DNA of 64,000 bases from an uncultured Clostridia bacterium (GTDB taxonomy: Bacteria; Bacillota; Clostridia; Christensenellales; CAG-314). A program made the position numbers and the translations under genes. Below, in pieces: positions 15,342 to 25,671 of this stretch (the stretch's first letter is position 1; every line of letters starts with the position of its first letter). Where the stretch lies: NCBI GenBank assembly GCA_944336125.1, contig CALVLA010000002.1, positions 87,301 through 151,300 of the forward strand, given 5' to 3'. The notes beneath the pieces are model-generated. The model worked only from the letters and a program-made list of their open reading frames with translations. It ran no database searches and had not been told where the DNA came from.

Positions 15342-15368
15342 CTAGCACTCAAATAAACCGAGTGCCAA
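15342..15368 (-). promoter_or_regulatory. CIRCE operator (HrcA binding site) of the hrcA-grpE-dnaK-dnaJ operon
   Basis: The minus strand reads TTGGCACTC-N9-GAGTGCTAG, against the consensus TTAGCACTC-N9-GAGTGCTAA. It lies directly downstream of a sigma-A-like promoter. Confidence 0.9.
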
Positions 15369-15379
15369 ACTTCGAATAT

Positions 15380-15408
15380 AATTTAACACCAAACTTATTA
15401 ATTGTCAA
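15380..15408 (-). promoter_or_regulatory. Sigma-A type promoter of the hrcA operon
   Basis: On the minus strand: TTGACA, 17 nt spacer, TAAATT, about 10 nt upstream of CIRCE. Confidence 0.6.
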
Positions 15409-15437
15409 TTATTGTTGCCAACTTTTGAAATAATTTT

Positions 15438-16577
15438 TCAAATAATAAATTCGGTGATAATAGAATTTAAAATATAAAATTTTTCAGGATGAATACGTAT
15501 AAATTCGCCGTCGTAAATGATAAGTTTTTGCTGTTGCAGCCTATTAATTATATCTTGATTTTTTTGATAAAATTCCTCATTAAATAAATTATCGTATTCC
15601 GAAACAGAAAACCCCTTTTCGAGACGAAGTCCCAGCATAACAAATTCTGTCTTTTGCTCATCTTTTGACAAGCGGCGAGAAGTCGAAACCGAATTTTTTT
15701 CGCTCATCCACCTTGAAATATATTGATCAAGGTTTTGTATGTTGTGAAATCTTTTTCCGAAAATAAACGAGTGAGCGTTAAGACCCAACCCCAAATATTC
15801 TCGGTACTGCCAGCAATTAAGGTTATGTCTGCATTCATAACCTTTTTGTGCGAAGTTAGATACTTCGTATCTTTCAAAACCCTTTTTCAAAGCAGCTTTT
15901 CTGAATTCGTCATACAAGTCGCAGGTAAAGTCATCGTCAGGCAAATTTACTTTGTTTTCTCTTACCATTTTGCTAAGCGGAGTTCCTTTTTCCACTTTCA
16001 AGGCATAGGCGCTTATGTGCTTTACCCCTAAATCAAAAAGATAATTCGCGGTAAAAACAACCTCATCCTTTGTCTGGTCAGGCAAGCCCAATATAAAATC
16101 AGCATTCAGGTTTGTAATTCCTTTTTCGAAAAAAAGTTTTACCGTCTCTTCAAACTGACTTTTGCAATGCGCTCTTCTTAAAAACCGCAATGTATCGTCA
16201 TTTGTGCTTTGCATTCCGATACTTATGCGATTAAACCCCAAGTCTTTCAAAACTTCGGCTTTTTCGTCGTCGACGGTTGCAGGATTGACTTCCATGCTCC
16301 ACTCGGCGTCAGGCAAAATATTAAAGTCTTTCCTAAGTGCGAAAACTATTTTTTGCAACAACAAAGACGGCAGAACGCTTGGCGTTCCGCCTCCGAAGTA
16401 AACAGTATCAAAAAACTTGTCCTTGCATTTCTCTTTATAATATGCAGCTTCTCGTGCAACTGCCTCCGCATAATCGGAAAAAGCATTTTCTCTTCCCGAA
16501 AAGGAAACAAAATCGCAGTAAACGCATTTCGAAAGGCAAAAAGGAATATGCAGGTACAATCCGCAATTACTTGTCAT
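15438..16577 (-). CDS. hemW: Radical SAM family heme chaperone HemW (HemN-like)
   Basis: 379 aa. [17 protein letters not shown] (CxxxCxxC), plus the lepA-hemW-hrcA synteny. Confidence 0.88.
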   Translation of the reverse strand: MTSNCGLYLHIPFCLSKCVYCDFVSFSGRENAFSDYAEAVAREAAYYKEKCKDKFFDTVYFGGGTPSVLPSLLLQKIVFALRKDFNILPDAEWSMEVNPATVDDEKAEVLKDLGFNRISIGMQSTNDDTLRFLRRAHCKSQFEETVKLFFEKGITNLNADFILGLPDQTKDEVVFTANYLFDLGVKHISAYALKVEKGTPLSKMVRENKVNLPDDDFTCDLYDEFRKAALKKGFERYEVSNFAQKGYECRHNLNCWQYREYLGLGLNAHSFIFGKRFHNIQNLDQYISRWMSEKNSVSTSRRLSKDEQKTEFVMLGLRLEKGFSVSEYDNLFNEEFYQKNQDIINRLQQQKLIIYDGEFIRIHPEKFYILNSIITEFII

Positions 16578-18372
16578 CGATTTTAAGAATAGACATAAAC
16601 GCCTCGCTCGGAACTTGTACCGAACCCACCTGACGCATACGTTTTTTACCCTCTTTTTGTTTTTCCAAAAGTTTTTTCTTACGGGTTATGTCACCGCCGT
16701 AGCATTTTGCCAAAACGTCTTTTCTCATGGCTTTTACCGTTTCGCGCGCAATGACTTTGTTTCCGACGGCCGCCTGAATAGGAATTTCAAACATCTGACG
16801 CGGAATAGCCTCTTTAAGTTTTTCGGCAATGGAGCGTCCGCGCGAATATGCCCTGTCCTCGTGCACGATAATGCTCAAAGCGTCGCACACTTCGCCGTTG
16901 AGCAAAATATCAAGTTTTACGAGTTTTGACTGACGGTATCCTTTAATTTCATAGTCAAAACTTGCGTATCCTCTCGTCCTTGATTTGAGAGTATCAAAAA
17001 AGTCGTAAATTATTTCGTTAAGCGGCATTTCGTAATGAAGTTTGACACGTTTCGGGTCAAGATAAACCATATCGATGAAAATTCCGCGTTTTTCCTGACA
17101 CAAATCCATGATAGGTCCCACGTATTCCGGCGGAGTGTAGACAAATGCGTCAACGATAGGCTCCTCAATGTGCGAAATTGTCGAAGCAGGCGGAAGTTTT
17201 GTTGGGTTGTCAATTTCGAGGACGTCGCCGTTCGTGAGATACACTTTGTAGGAAACAGTCGGAGCTGTAGTCACAAGGTCAAGGTCAAACTCGCGTTCAA
17301 GCCTTTCCTGAATGATTTCCATGTGCAGAAGTCCCAAAAATCCGCATCGGAAACCAAAACCCAAAGCGACGCTTGTATCAGGCTCGTAAGTAAGTGAAGC
17401 ATCGTTAAGCTGCAGCTTTTCCAATGCGTCTTTAAGATCGTTGTATCTTGCTCCGTCAGCAGGAAAAATTCCGCAAAAAACCATCGGCAAGACGGTTTTG
17501 TAACCGTCAAGCGGTTTTTCGGTAGGATTTTCCGCGTCGGTAATTGTGTCACCCACTCTCGTATCCCTGACTGTTTTTATGCTTGCGCAAATGTATCCGA
17601 CGTCACCCGCAGAAAGTTTTTCGACAGGTTTCATCTGCGGAGCAAAAATACCCACTTCGGTGACGTCAAAAACGTTAGGGCTTTGAAACATTTTGATTTT
17701 TGTGCCTACTTTGACCTCGCCGTCAAAAATACGCGTCAAAATGATAACGCCTTTGTAATTGTCATAAGAACAGTCAAAAATCAACGCTTTCAAAGGCGCG
17801 TTAACGTCACCGCTAGGAGGCGGAACGTTTTTGACTATGTCGATAAGCACATCTTTAATGTTTGTGCCTTCCTTTGCCGAAATAAGCGGAGCGTTTTGAG
17901 CGTCAAGTCCGATTACATCCTCTATTTCCAGCTTAATTTCGTCAGGCCTTGCAGACGGAAGGTCAATTTTGTTTATCACAGGCAAAATTTCAAGGTTGTT
18001 TTCCAACGCGAGATAAACGTTTGCCAAAGTTTGCGCCTCGATACCCTGCGAAGCGTCTACAACAAGAATCGCTCCTTCGCATGCGGCAAGAGAACGAGAC
18101 ACTTCGTAAGTGAAGTCAACGTGCCCCGGGGTATCGATAAGGTTGAGAATGTAATCCTCACCCTCGTATTCAAAATGCATTCTGGTCGGAGTGAGTTTTA
18201 TCGTAATTCCGCGCTCACGCTCCAAATCCATAGAATCGAGAATCTGCGCTTCCATATCACGCTTGGCAACCGCACCCGTCAGTTCGATAAGTCTGTCCGC
18301 CAAAGTGCTTTTACCGTGGTCAATATGTGCGATAATGCAAAAATTTCGTATGTTTTTCAAAGAATGTGCCAT
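16567..18372 (-). CDS. lepA: Translation elongation factor 4
   Basis: [28 protein letters not shown] and the LepA C-terminal domain. Start moved to the ATG at 18372, which follows GAGGA. The tracked alternative start lies 12 nt upstream. Confidence 0.95.
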   Translation of the reverse strand: MAHSLKNIRNFCIIAHIDHGKSTLADRLIELTGAVAKRDMEAQILDSMDLERERGITIKLTPTRMHFEYEGEDYILNLIDTPGHVDFTYEVSRSLAACEGAILVVDASQGIEAQTLANVYLALENNLEILPVINKIDLPSARPDEIKLEIEDVIGLDAQNAPLISAKEGTNIKDVLIDIVKNVPPPSGDVNAPLKALIFDCSYDNYKGVIILTRIFDGEVKVGTKIKMFQSPNVFDVTEVGIFAPQMKPVEKLSAGDVGYICASIKTVRDTRVGDTITDAENPTEKPLDGYKTVLPMVFCGIFPADGARYNDLKDALEKLQLNDASLTYEPDTSVALGFGFRCGFLGLLHMEIIQERLEREFDLDLVTTAPTVSYKVYLTNGDVLEIDNPTKLPPASTISHIEEPIVDAFVYTPPEYVGPIMDLCQEKRGIFIDMVYLDPKRVKLHYEMPLNEIIYDFFDTLKSRTRGYASFDYEIKGYRQSKLVKLDILLNGEVCDALSIIVHEDRAYSRGRSIAEKLKEAIPRQMFEIPIQAAVGNKVIARETVKAMRKDVLAKCYGGDITRKKKLLEKQKEGKKRMRQVGSVQVPSEAFMSILKIDDK

Positions 18373-18486
18373 AATTTTCCTCAAAAAAGATTTTAACTTA
18401 AATTTTTAATTTTGACAAATCAAAATGTATTATTGCCAAAACATAGGTAAAAACGTATAATAAAAAAAATATACAAAGAGGTAAAA

Positions 18487-19215
18487 ATGGAAGAAATTTT
18501 CAACAGCTGGCTGGTAAAACAAAAAATAGCACACCGAGGACTTCACGACGAAGTATCCCCTGAAAACAGCCTTTCGGCTTTTAAAAAAGCCGTTGAAAAA
18601 GGATATGCCATCGAAACGGACGTGCAGATGACGGCAGACGGAATTCTTTTGGTTTTTCACGACGAAATACTTGACAGAATGACGGACGGAAAAGGTTTGA
18701 TAAGCCAAAAAAACTTCAACGAAATTTGCAACTACACGCTTAAAAACAGCGAGGAAAAAATCCCTTTGCTAAGCGAAGTGCTTTCGTTGGTAGGCGGAAA
18801 AGTCCCTCTCCTCATCGAAATAAAAAGTCACAAAAACATCGGAGCGGAAGAAGAAAAAATCAAAGCAATGCTGGAAAAATATGACGGGCAATATGCATTT
18901 CAGTCTTTCAATCCTTTTATAGTAAAGTGGTTTAAAGACAACATGCCCGACGTAAAAAGCGGAGTGCTTTCCTCTTTTTTCAAGGACGTGAAATTGTCGG
19001 TTTTTCAAAAAATAATACTTAAAAATCTTTGGCTTAACAAACTAACAAAACCCGACTTTATTTCCTACAACGTCGATGACGCCACAAACTTCAAAAAGCT
19101 GACAAAAATCAAAGGAACACTACCTATTCTCTTTTGGACAGTTCGCTCAACAGAGCAAATGCGGCTTGTTTCTGAAAAATGCGACAACATTATTTTTGAA
19201 GACTTTTTGCCTTAA
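18487..19215 (+). CDS. Glycerophosphodiester phosphodiesterase family protein
   Basis: 242 aa. AHRGL...PENSL.AF...IETDVQMTADGILLVFHD is the GDPD catalytic signature. Confidence 0.85.
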   Translation: MEEIFNSWLVKQKIAHRGLHDEVSPENSLSAFKKAVEKGYAIETDVQMTADGILLVFHDEILDRMTDGKGLISQKNFNEICNYTLKNSEEKIPLLSEVLSLVGGKVPLLIEIKSHKNIGAEEEKIKAMLEKYDGQYAFQSFNPFIVKWFKDNMPDVKSGVLSSFFKDVKLSVFQKIILKNLWLNKLTKPDFISYNVDDATNFKKLTKIKGTLPILFWTVRSTEQMRLVSEKCDNIIFEDFLP

Positions 19216-19221
19216 AAAGCA

Positions 19222-19249
19222 AAAAACAGCGATTTTTTTCGCTGTTTTT
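19222..19249. terminator. Bidirectional terminator between convergent genes
   Basis: AAAAACAGCG-loop-CGCTGTTTTT with A and T tracts on both sides. Confidence 0.65.
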
Positions 19250-19290
19250 AATTACTATGTCTGTAATAATATTATTAAATTGCCGAAATT

Positions 19291-20865
19291 TTATAAAATT
19301 TCGGCAATTTTAATTGCACAACGAAGCCCGTCAACCGCCGCAGTGACAATTCCGCCGGCATAGCCGCTTCCCTCGCCTATCGGAAAAATTCCTTCAATGT
19401 TGCTTTGAAAACACTCGTTTCGAACCACTTTCAACGGGCATGAAGACCTTGTTTCAACACCTGTCAAAACACCCGATTTGTCAAATCCCTCTATGCGTTT
19501 TCCGAATTCGGGCAGGGCTTTTTTGAGTGTTTTTGTTACAAACTCAGGCAGGCATTCAGTGAGGTCACATGGCAACGCTTTAGGCATAATCGTAGGCTTT
19601 GTTTCGTAAAAACAAACTGACGGTTTGCCTTTCAAAAAATCTGTCACGTTTTGAGCAGGCGCAGAATAATCGCTTCCTCCTTGCACAAATGCCGCATGTT
19701 CAATTTTTCTTTGAAACTCTATTCCCGCAAGCGGGCTGTCGCTTTCAAAGTCACTTGGGTCCACGTTTACCAAAAGAGCGCTGTTTGCGTTTACTCCGTC
19801 ACGGGCAAAATAACTCATTCCGTTGGTTACCACTCCGCCGTGTTCACTTGAAGCGTTTACAACAAATCCGCCGGGACACATACAAAAAGTATAAGCCGAC
19901 CTGTCTCCGAAATGAGCCGCCATTTTGTATGTAGCGGCAGGAAGCCGTTTGTCGTAATTCTGACCATAGCACCCTTTGTTTATCGTTTCCTGCAAGTGCT
20001 CAACTCTCACACCTACAGAAAACGGTTTTTGTCTCATTTCAATGCCTTTTTGATAGAGCAATTCAAAAGTATCTCGCGCGCTGTGACCTATCGCAAGCAC
20101 AAGCACGTCGGCTTTTTCAATAAAAACTTTTCCTTTGTTTTTTAAAGTTACGCTTTCAATTTTGTTTGAACTGACGTCAAAATCAACAAGCTTTGTTTCA
20201 AAAAGCACTTTTCCGCCGCATGAGACAATTTCATCTGCAATATTCTGCACGGCAATTTTCAAATTGTCGGTTCCTATATGCGGCATGCCGTTTGTCAAAA
20301 TGTCATCTGGAGCGCCGTAGCGCACAAATTGATTTAAAACACTAAAAACAAGTTCGTTGTTTGCTGAAGTTGTGAGTTTCCCGTCGGAAAACGTACCTGC
20401 ACCGCCCAAACCAAACTGTATGTTACTTGACAAGTCCAAAACGCCGCTTTTCCAAAATTTGTCGACGTCCTTTTGTCTGTCTGCAACGTTTTTACCCTGT
20501 TCGATTACCGTAGGACAAAAACCGCATTTAGCAAGGCAAAGACCGCAAAAAAGTCCGGCCGCTCCGCTTCCCACTACCACAATTTTTTTGTCTGAAAGAC
20601 GCGGCGTTAATTTTTCAAACACATCCTTTCTTACAGGCGGTTGAGTTATTTTGGGATTGCTGAAAGATTTTTCACTGCAAAACGTAAAAGAAACAACGTA
20701 GCAAACGTTGTTTTTATGTCTTGCGTCAACGGATTTTTTGAATATTTTAAGGTCAAAAATATCTTTCGGACTGATACCCAAAAAATTCGCTACCACTTTT
20801 TTATGGTCCGCCGAGTGAAAAACTTCCGGCGTCATTTTTATATCGGCTGTTTTGTAAATTTTCAT
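19291..20865 (-). CDS. FAD-dependent protein, uncharacterised COG2509-type NAD(FAD)-utilising dehydrogenase
   Basis: 524 aa. Rossmann motif VVVGSGAAGLFCG, then GLGGAGTFSDGKL and C-terminal PIGEGSGYAGGIVTAAVDG. Confidence 0.75.
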   Translation of the reverse strand: MKIYKTADIKMTPEVFHSADHKKVVANFLGISPKDIFDLKIFKKSVDARHKNNVCYVVSFTFCSEKSFSNPKITQPPVRKDVFEKLTPRLSDKKIVVVGSGAAGLFCGLCLAKCGFCPTVIEQGKNVADRQKDVDKFWKSGVLDLSSNIQFGLGGAGTFSDGKLTTSANNELVFSVLNQFVRYGAPDDILTNGMPHIGTDNLKIAVQNIADEIVSCGGKVLFETKLVDFDVSSNKIESVTLKNKGKVFIEKADVLVLAIGHSARDTFELLYQKGIEMRQKPFSVGVRVEHLQETINKGCYGQNYDKRLPAATYKMAAHFGDRSAYTFCMCPGGFVVNASSEHGGVVTNGMSYFARDGVNANSALLVNVDPSDFESDSPLAGIEFQRKIEHAAFVQGGSDYSAPAQNVTDFLKGKPSVCFYETKPTIMPKALPCDLTECLPEFVTKTLKKALPEFGKRIEGFDKSGVLTGVETRSSCPLKVVRNECFQSNIEGIFPIGEGSGYAGGIVTAAVDGLRCAIKIAEIL

Positions 20866-22058
20866 AATGAACTTCCGGCAATAATTCCGCTTGCAAAGGC
20901 AAAATGCAAATTAAATCCGCCGCAAACCCCGTCGGCATCGAGACATTCGCCGACAAAGTACATACCCTTTAATTTTTTACTTTCGAAATTTTCGTCCACT
21001 TCGTCAAATTTTATCCCGCCTGACACAACCTGACATTTGTCGTATCCACAAAGTTCCTGAACTTCGAAGGTTATGTTTTTCAAAAATGCAGATATTGTTT
21101 TAAAATCGTCATTTCTAAGTTCCTCTCCCAATCCGCATTTTTTAATTACGGCGTCTGCAATTTTGTTGTGAAAAAGCCCTACAAAAAAAGTCGACGTCTG
21201 CTTTCCGCAAATTTCCGCACGGTATTTAAGCTTTTCAATCAATTCCTGCAGGCTGAATTGCGGAAACAAATCCAAAACTATTTTATATTCGTTTTTTAAA
21301 CCTTTTACCTTTTCTCCGGCAATGCAGGAAGAAATGTTGAAAATAACTATTCCCGACAGTCCGTAATCTCTGAACAAAACTTCCCCAAACTCTTCCTTGA
21401 TCTTTTTGCCGTTGGCAAAAAGCGAAACATTGCACTTCACCCTCAAGCCGTTAAGGGGAAGCCACATTTTTTTTGTTTTAATCGGGGTGAGCGACGGGCA
21501 CAAAGATGTCATTTCAAACTTTTCGCCAAAAAGATGATCCGGTTTTGAAAAATTGTTTACCTGCGCTTTTGACCCTATGGCGCAAATTACTTTGTCGAAA
21601 AAGAAAAATTCACCTGTGTGAAGCATCACTTTAAAACTGCTTTTCCCTTTTTCAACCCTTACGACTTCGCTGTCGGTAACGGTTTTGACGTTGAGCTTTT
21701 GGCATTTTACTCTCAAAACGTCAAGCACGCTGCCGCTATTTTCCGAAATAGGATAAACCCTTCCCTGTTCGTCGGAAAACATTTCAAGCCCCATGCTTTC
21801 GAAAAAGCTTTTTAAGGCATTGTAGTCAAAACGCCTTACTGTATCAGCAGCCCTTTCACAGTTGTAATATTTAAGAAAATCAGCATAGTTGTCGGCAGTC
21901 AAAGCGGCATTAGTCAAATTGCACCTACCGTTTCCGCTTGCCATTATTTTTCTGCCCACTCTTCCGCTTCGTTCAAAAACAGTAACGCTATGTTTTTCTG
22001 CAGCTTTGACGGCAGCGGCAAGGCCTGCCGCACCGCCACCTATAATTGCGACTTTCAT
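20862..22058 (-). CDS. HI0933/BaiN-like NAD(P)/FAD-dependent oxidoreductase (aminoacetone oxidase family)
   Basis: MKVAIIGGGAAGLAAA...GRKIMASGNGRCNLTN...GGFNL. Start set at MKVAIIGGG (22058). The tracked N-terminal extension would overlap the upstream gene. Confidence 0.75.
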   Translation of the reverse strand: MKVAIIGGGAAGLAAAVKAAEKHSVTVFERSGRVGRKIMASGNGRCNLTNAALTADNYADFLKYYNCERAADTVRRFDYNALKSFFESMGLEMFSDEQGRVYPISENSGSVLDVLRVKCQKLNVKTVTDSEVVRVEKGKSSFKVMLHTGEFFFFDKVICAIGSKAQVNNFSKPDHLFGEKFEMTSLCPSLTPIKTKKMWLPLNGLRVKCNVSLFANGKKIKEEFGEVLFRDYGLSGIVIFNISSCIAGEKVKGLKNEYKIVLDLFPQFSLQELIEKLKYRAEICGKQTSTFFVGLFHNKIADAVIKKCGLGEELRNDDFKTISAFLKNITFEVQELCGYDKCQVVSGGIKFDEVDENFESKKLKGMYFVGECLDADGVCGGFNLHFAFASGIIAGSSL

Positions 22059-22059
22059 A

Positions 22060-23610
22060 TCAGATTTCCATATATTTGAGATTTTCGGAAACTTTGACTT
22101 CAAAAGGAATTTTATCGAGAATATCCTTTTGCAAATCAATTCCCCTCATAATTTCCAAAATAGTCCAGCTTTCGTTTTCAAGTTTAAACAGACATCTTTC
22201 GGTTACAACGTAAACTGTCTGATTGAGCGCGTTTGAGTTTGCTGCGGAAAAACTTACGGCATGCACTTTTTTGACAAATTTAGGAATCGATCCTTCCTTG
22301 ACGATTTTCAGGTTTTTTTCGTCGTCAAGCTCAACTTTAAGTCCGCCCGAAGTAAACGTAGTGCAGAAATAAACGTTTTTAGCATTTTGAGTAATGTCGG
22401 CAAATCCGCCGATACCAACGATCCTGTCAGGCAACGAATGTGCATTGACTCTTCCTTTTTCGTCTACTTCCATACAGCCTACAAAGGTTTTGTCTATTCC
22501 GCCGCCGTGATAAAAATCAAACATCTGCGCCATGCTCATGTAAGAATCAGCGCCTATCGTCGCACCGAATCCTCGCCCTCCTACAGGCACGCCGCCTATT
22601 CCGCCTGATTCAACAAGCAAAGTGATTTTGTCCAGCATACCGTTTTGTACAGCCTGATACGCAACGCCTTCAGGTATACCTATGCCTATATTTACGTTAT
22701 CGCCCGCTCTGAGACACTGTTCTGCCCTTTTGGAAATAATTTCCGCCGCTACTCCTCTTTCCTTACCTGAAGCCGCGACTTTTTTGGTATTTTCAATTAC
22801 ATAATTGATTAGCTGTTCTGCCGTAGGTTTTACGTCGCCGCTCATACGCGAATCGTAATTTGCGTTGACGCGCTGTTCCTGATCGGGACACAAAACAACC
22901 ATATCTACAAGCATACCCGGGATAATAATGTCCCAAGGTCTGCGATGTCCCGGTGCCATTTTTTCTACCTGAACGATGACCTTGCCGCCGTTAAGTTTTG
23001 TTGCCTGTGCCATTGACAAAGCGTCAATAACGGAATATTCCTTTTCGAACGAAATGTTTCCGTTTACGTCACTGTAAGTTCCTCTGATAATTGCGACGTC
23101 GAGTTTAGGAACTTTATACGCCAAAAAGTCCTCGCCCATGACTTTTACTCGTTCTACGAGTTTTTCAGTCGAAATATCGTTAAGTCCGTAAACACCAACC
23201 GTAGGATCGGGAAAAAGGTTGAGTCCTATTTTTGAAAGCAACAGACTTTCACCGCAAGCCGCCGCCCTGAAAAGATGGCTCAAAATGCCCATAGGCAAGT
23301 TGTAACCCTCTATTTCATTGTTGGCGATACGCCTGCATGCGATAGGCATTGACGAATAATGACCGCAAACGATTTTTTTCACGGCTTCGGTGTTTAAAAA
23401 TCTTTCTGCCGCAAAATTTTCGTCCCAGTTTCCCATAGGCGCTGAAAGATAAAGCGACAAATCCTTGAGATCGTGTTTTTTAAGAATGCGTTCGTTAAGT
23501 TTTTCAAGCAAATTTATCGGATTGCCGATAGTAAAAAAAGTATTGATACCTATGGAATCACCGCTTTTGATAACGCTGATTGCCTTTTCAATTGATACGA
23601 CTTTTGACAT
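22060..23610 (-). CDS. Acyl-CoA:carboxylate CoA-transferase, fused family-I type (Pct/YdiF-like)
   Basis: 516 aa. The length, the N-terminus (KVVSIEKAISVIKSGDSIGI) and the ESGGIGG / GGFADI segments resemble propionate/acetate CoA-transferases. Assigned from memory of the family only. Confidence 0.65.
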   Translation of the reverse strand: MSKVVSIEKAISVIKSGDSIGINTFFTIGNPINLLEKLNERILKKHDLKDLSLYLSAPMGNWDENFAAERFLNTEAVKKIVCGHYSSMPIACRRIANNEIEGYNLPMGILSHLFRAAACGESLLLSKIGLNLFPDPTVGVYGLNDISTEKLVERVKVMGEDFLAYKVPKLDVAIIRGTYSDVNGNISFEKEYSVIDALSMAQATKLNGGKVIVQVEKMAPGHRRPWDIIIPGMLVDMVVLCPDQEQRVNANYDSRMSGDVKPTAEQLINYVIENTKKVAASGKERGVAAEIISKRAEQCLRAGDNVNIGIGIPEGVAYQAVQNGMLDKITLLVESGGIGGVPVGGRGFGATIGADSYMSMAQMFDFYHGGGIDKTFVGCMEVDEKGRVNAHSLPDRIVGIGGFADITQNAKNVYFCTTFTSGGLKVELDDEKNLKIVKEGSIPKFVKKVHAVSFSAANSNALNQTVYVVTERCLFKLENESWTILEIMRGIDLQKDILDKIPFEVKVSENLKYMEI

Positions 23611-23617
23611 TTTTCCC

Positions 23618-23650
23618 TCAAAAAAGCTCTCGGAATGAGAGCTTAAAAAA
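23618..23650 (-). terminator. ppa terminator hairpin abutting the CoA-transferase RBS
   Basis: On the minus strand: AAGCTCTC-ATTCC-GAGAGCTT followed by TTTTTGAGGGAAAAATG. The T-tract runs straight into the GAGGG ribosome-binding site. Confidence 0.6.
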
Positions 23651-23655
23651 TTTGA

Positions 23656-24195
23656 TTAAGGTTGTTGACCGTTAACCTCAGTAAACCGTTTCATACAACG
23701 CTCGATAGTTTTTTTAGCCTCATCGGGTCCGCTGATTTTATCGACGGTGGTAATTTTGCCCTCAAGCGTTTTGTACACTTGAAAGAAGTGTTTCATTTCG
23801 GCAAAAATATGTTCGGGCATTTCGTTGATATCCTTGTAACTGCTGTAAGCAGGATCTTTAAAAGGAATAGCGATTATTTTTTCGTCAGCCCTTTCCTGAT
23901 CGACCATGCTTATCATTCCTATAGGATAACATCTGACCAAAGCGTTAGGAATAATTGTTTCGGAACTCAATACCAAAACGTCCAAATGGTCACCGTCATC
24001 CCCCAACGTCCTCGGAATCAGTCCGTAATTCGCAGGATAATGGGTAGCGGTGTAAAGAATCCTGTCAAGGATAATAAAACCTGTTTCCTTGTCAAGTTCG
24101 TACTTGTTGTTGCTGCCCTTAGGAATTTCTATGAGAGCCACGAAATCGTCGGGAGTTATCCTTTCTTTGCCGATGAAATCAACTCTTGTCCACAT
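23656..24195 (-). CDS. ppa: Inorganic pyrophosphatase (family I)
   Basis: 179 aa. EIPKGSNNKYE, DGDHLDVLV and DEKIIA motifs. Confidence 0.93.
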   Translation of the reverse strand: MWTRVDFIGKERITPDDFVALIEIPKGSNNKYELDKETGFIILDRILYTATHYPANYGLIPRTLGDDGDHLDVLVLSSETIIPNALVRCYPIGMISMVDQERADEKIIAIPFKDPAYSSYKDINEMPEHIFAEMKHFFQVYKTLEGKITTVDKISGPDEAKKTIERCMKRFTEVNGQQP

Positions 24196-24261
24196 AATAC
24201 CTCACAGTTCGTCGATACAATACTTGCGGAGCATAAGCTCCGCAAGCTGCATCAAACGTAA

Positions 24262-25524
24262 TTATTTAATAATTTTTCTTGCTTCGACGTAGTACCTCTT
24301 TTCGAAAGCTTCGCCCATTGAGAAAGTTTTTCTAGGGAAAGCGCCTACTTTGAGCACGTAATCGAACAAATCGTTTTTAGCGAGCGGAGGCAAGGTAACA
24401 GCAACGCGGTTTGGAGCAGCGTCGGTAACTTGTTTGAGCGAATCTTCGCCGTGAACGTAATCCACTTCGCTGCCTGCATGAGATTTGATGTAAGCGTCGA
24501 TGTAATCCTGAACGAGACCTACTGCAACTGCGGCGTTGCTAGGGAGCATAAGGTCTTTTCTGCCCTCCTTAGTTGTGTAAGTATAGCATTTGAAATCGCA
24601 TTTGAGACCGCTTTTTTCAACTGCGTCATAAAGTCCGTCAAGGAAGTCTTTAGTGTCGACGTTGAAAACAGAACGGAAAATAGGTTCGAACTGCAATCCT
24701 TTGTCATGCAGGTTCATAACTTCGACCAAAGCATATCTTGCAGGGTGATTTTGCTGTTCTTCCGGAGAAAGCGTCTTTTTCACGTTTTCCCAGCAAGCTT
24801 TTGCTGTAGCCAACGAGTGGTTGCCGTCGCCAACCGCAAACAACATGACTTCGTCGGTGCTGCCGTATTTAGCTTTGAGAACTTCTTCGTCGAGGAGTTT
24901 TGCCAAAGCTTTTTCAACTCTTTCGGTGTCGTTGACTTTCCAGCCTCTCAGGTGACCGCCCTTCATGTTAAGTTCGAAGTCATAAAGTTTTTCAAGCTTG
25001 TCCTTTTCTTCGTAAAGCGGTTCGATAACAGTGTTGTCTCTGTCGTCGATAAGAAGCATGATATGAGGCAATTCGATAGGAGCATGTTCACGAATACGAA
25101 CCCTTGGCGGAATCCTTTCCACAACGGTGCCTTCGGTAGCTCTGATGTTAGCCTTGTCTTCGCGGATAAAGCTGTAATCTTCAAGGTCAACTGCAATTAC
25201 GAGACCAAGTCTTTTAGGAGTGATAGGAGTGCTGCGTTCAAGCAAAACGAAGCAGTTTCCTATACTTTTAAGAACGCCGTTGTCAAGATATTCGTACATC
25301 GTTTTGTTGATGGACTCGATAATAGGTTTGTTGTCTTTAGACAAATAAACTTCCGGGAAAATAATGTTGAGAGTCGAAGGACTTGAGTCTGTTGCTTTTT
25401 TAACCCCTTCCCAGTAATCAGGTTCGGAAGTGTACTGATCGCAAGCGACGACCGCCCATTTAGACATATCAACAGATGCGTCAGGCAAGAGAATTTCAGG
25501 TACTTTAACAGAAATTTTTGTCAT
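24262..25524 (-). CDS. DUF1015-like protein (function unknown)
   Basis: 420 aa. The length and the GDGNHSLATAK segment recall DUF1015. Assigned from memory, not verified. Confidence 0.5.
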   Translation of the reverse strand: MTKISVKVPEILLPDASVDMSKWAVVACDQYTSEPDYWEGVKKATDSSPSTLNIIFPEVYLSKDNKPIIESINKTMYEYLDNGVLKSIGNCFVLLERSTPITPKRLGLVIAVDLEDYSFIREDKANIRATEGTVVERIPPRVRIREHAPIELPHIMLLIDDRDNTVIEPLYEEKDKLEKLYDFELNMKGGHLRGWKVNDTERVEKALAKLLDEEVLKAKYGSTDEVMLFAVGDGNHSLATAKACWENVKKTLSPEEQQNHPARYALVEVMNLHDKGLQFEPIFRSVFNVDTKDFLDGLYDAVEKSGLKCDFKCYTYTTKEGRKDLMLPSNAAVAVGLVQDYIDAYIKSHAGSEVDYVHGEDSLKQVTDAAPNRVAVTLPPLAKNDLFDYVLKVGAFPRKTFSMGEAFEKRYYVEARKIIK

Positions 25525-25542
25525 AATAGTTTCTCCTTAAAA

Positions 25543-25671
25543 TTATAAACTATATCCCAAAGACAGCCAGAAAACAACGGAAATGACTATCCCCGCGATA
25601 ATAAAAAACCAGTTATATTTCAAAAAGTTCAAAAAGCTTTTTTTAGGCTTTGCGTTAGATTTGTTCTTCAT
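25543..25671 (-). CDS. Possible small membrane protein (42 aa)
   Basis: MKNKSNAKPKKSFLNFLKYNWFFIIAGIVISVVFWLSLGYSL. It has a basic N-terminus and one hydrophobic helix. GGAGAA lies 9 nt upstream of the ATG, and the ORF overlaps the cdaA 3' end by 17 nt. Confidence 0.35.
   Translation of the reverse strand: MKNKSNAKPKKSFLNFLKYNWFFIIAGIVISVVFWLSLGYSL

Noticed and set aside
22059-22139. N-terminal extensions in the ORF track, here and at 6885-6905, 7308-7394, 18373-18384, 28322-28348, 35497-35562, 41450-41572, 44097-44126, 56550-56579, 60589-60642 and 61476-61523
   Set aside because: In each case an internal start has a proper Shine-Dalgarno sequence and a canonical protein N-terminus. The extension would overlap the upstream gene, a terminator hairpin or a promoter.
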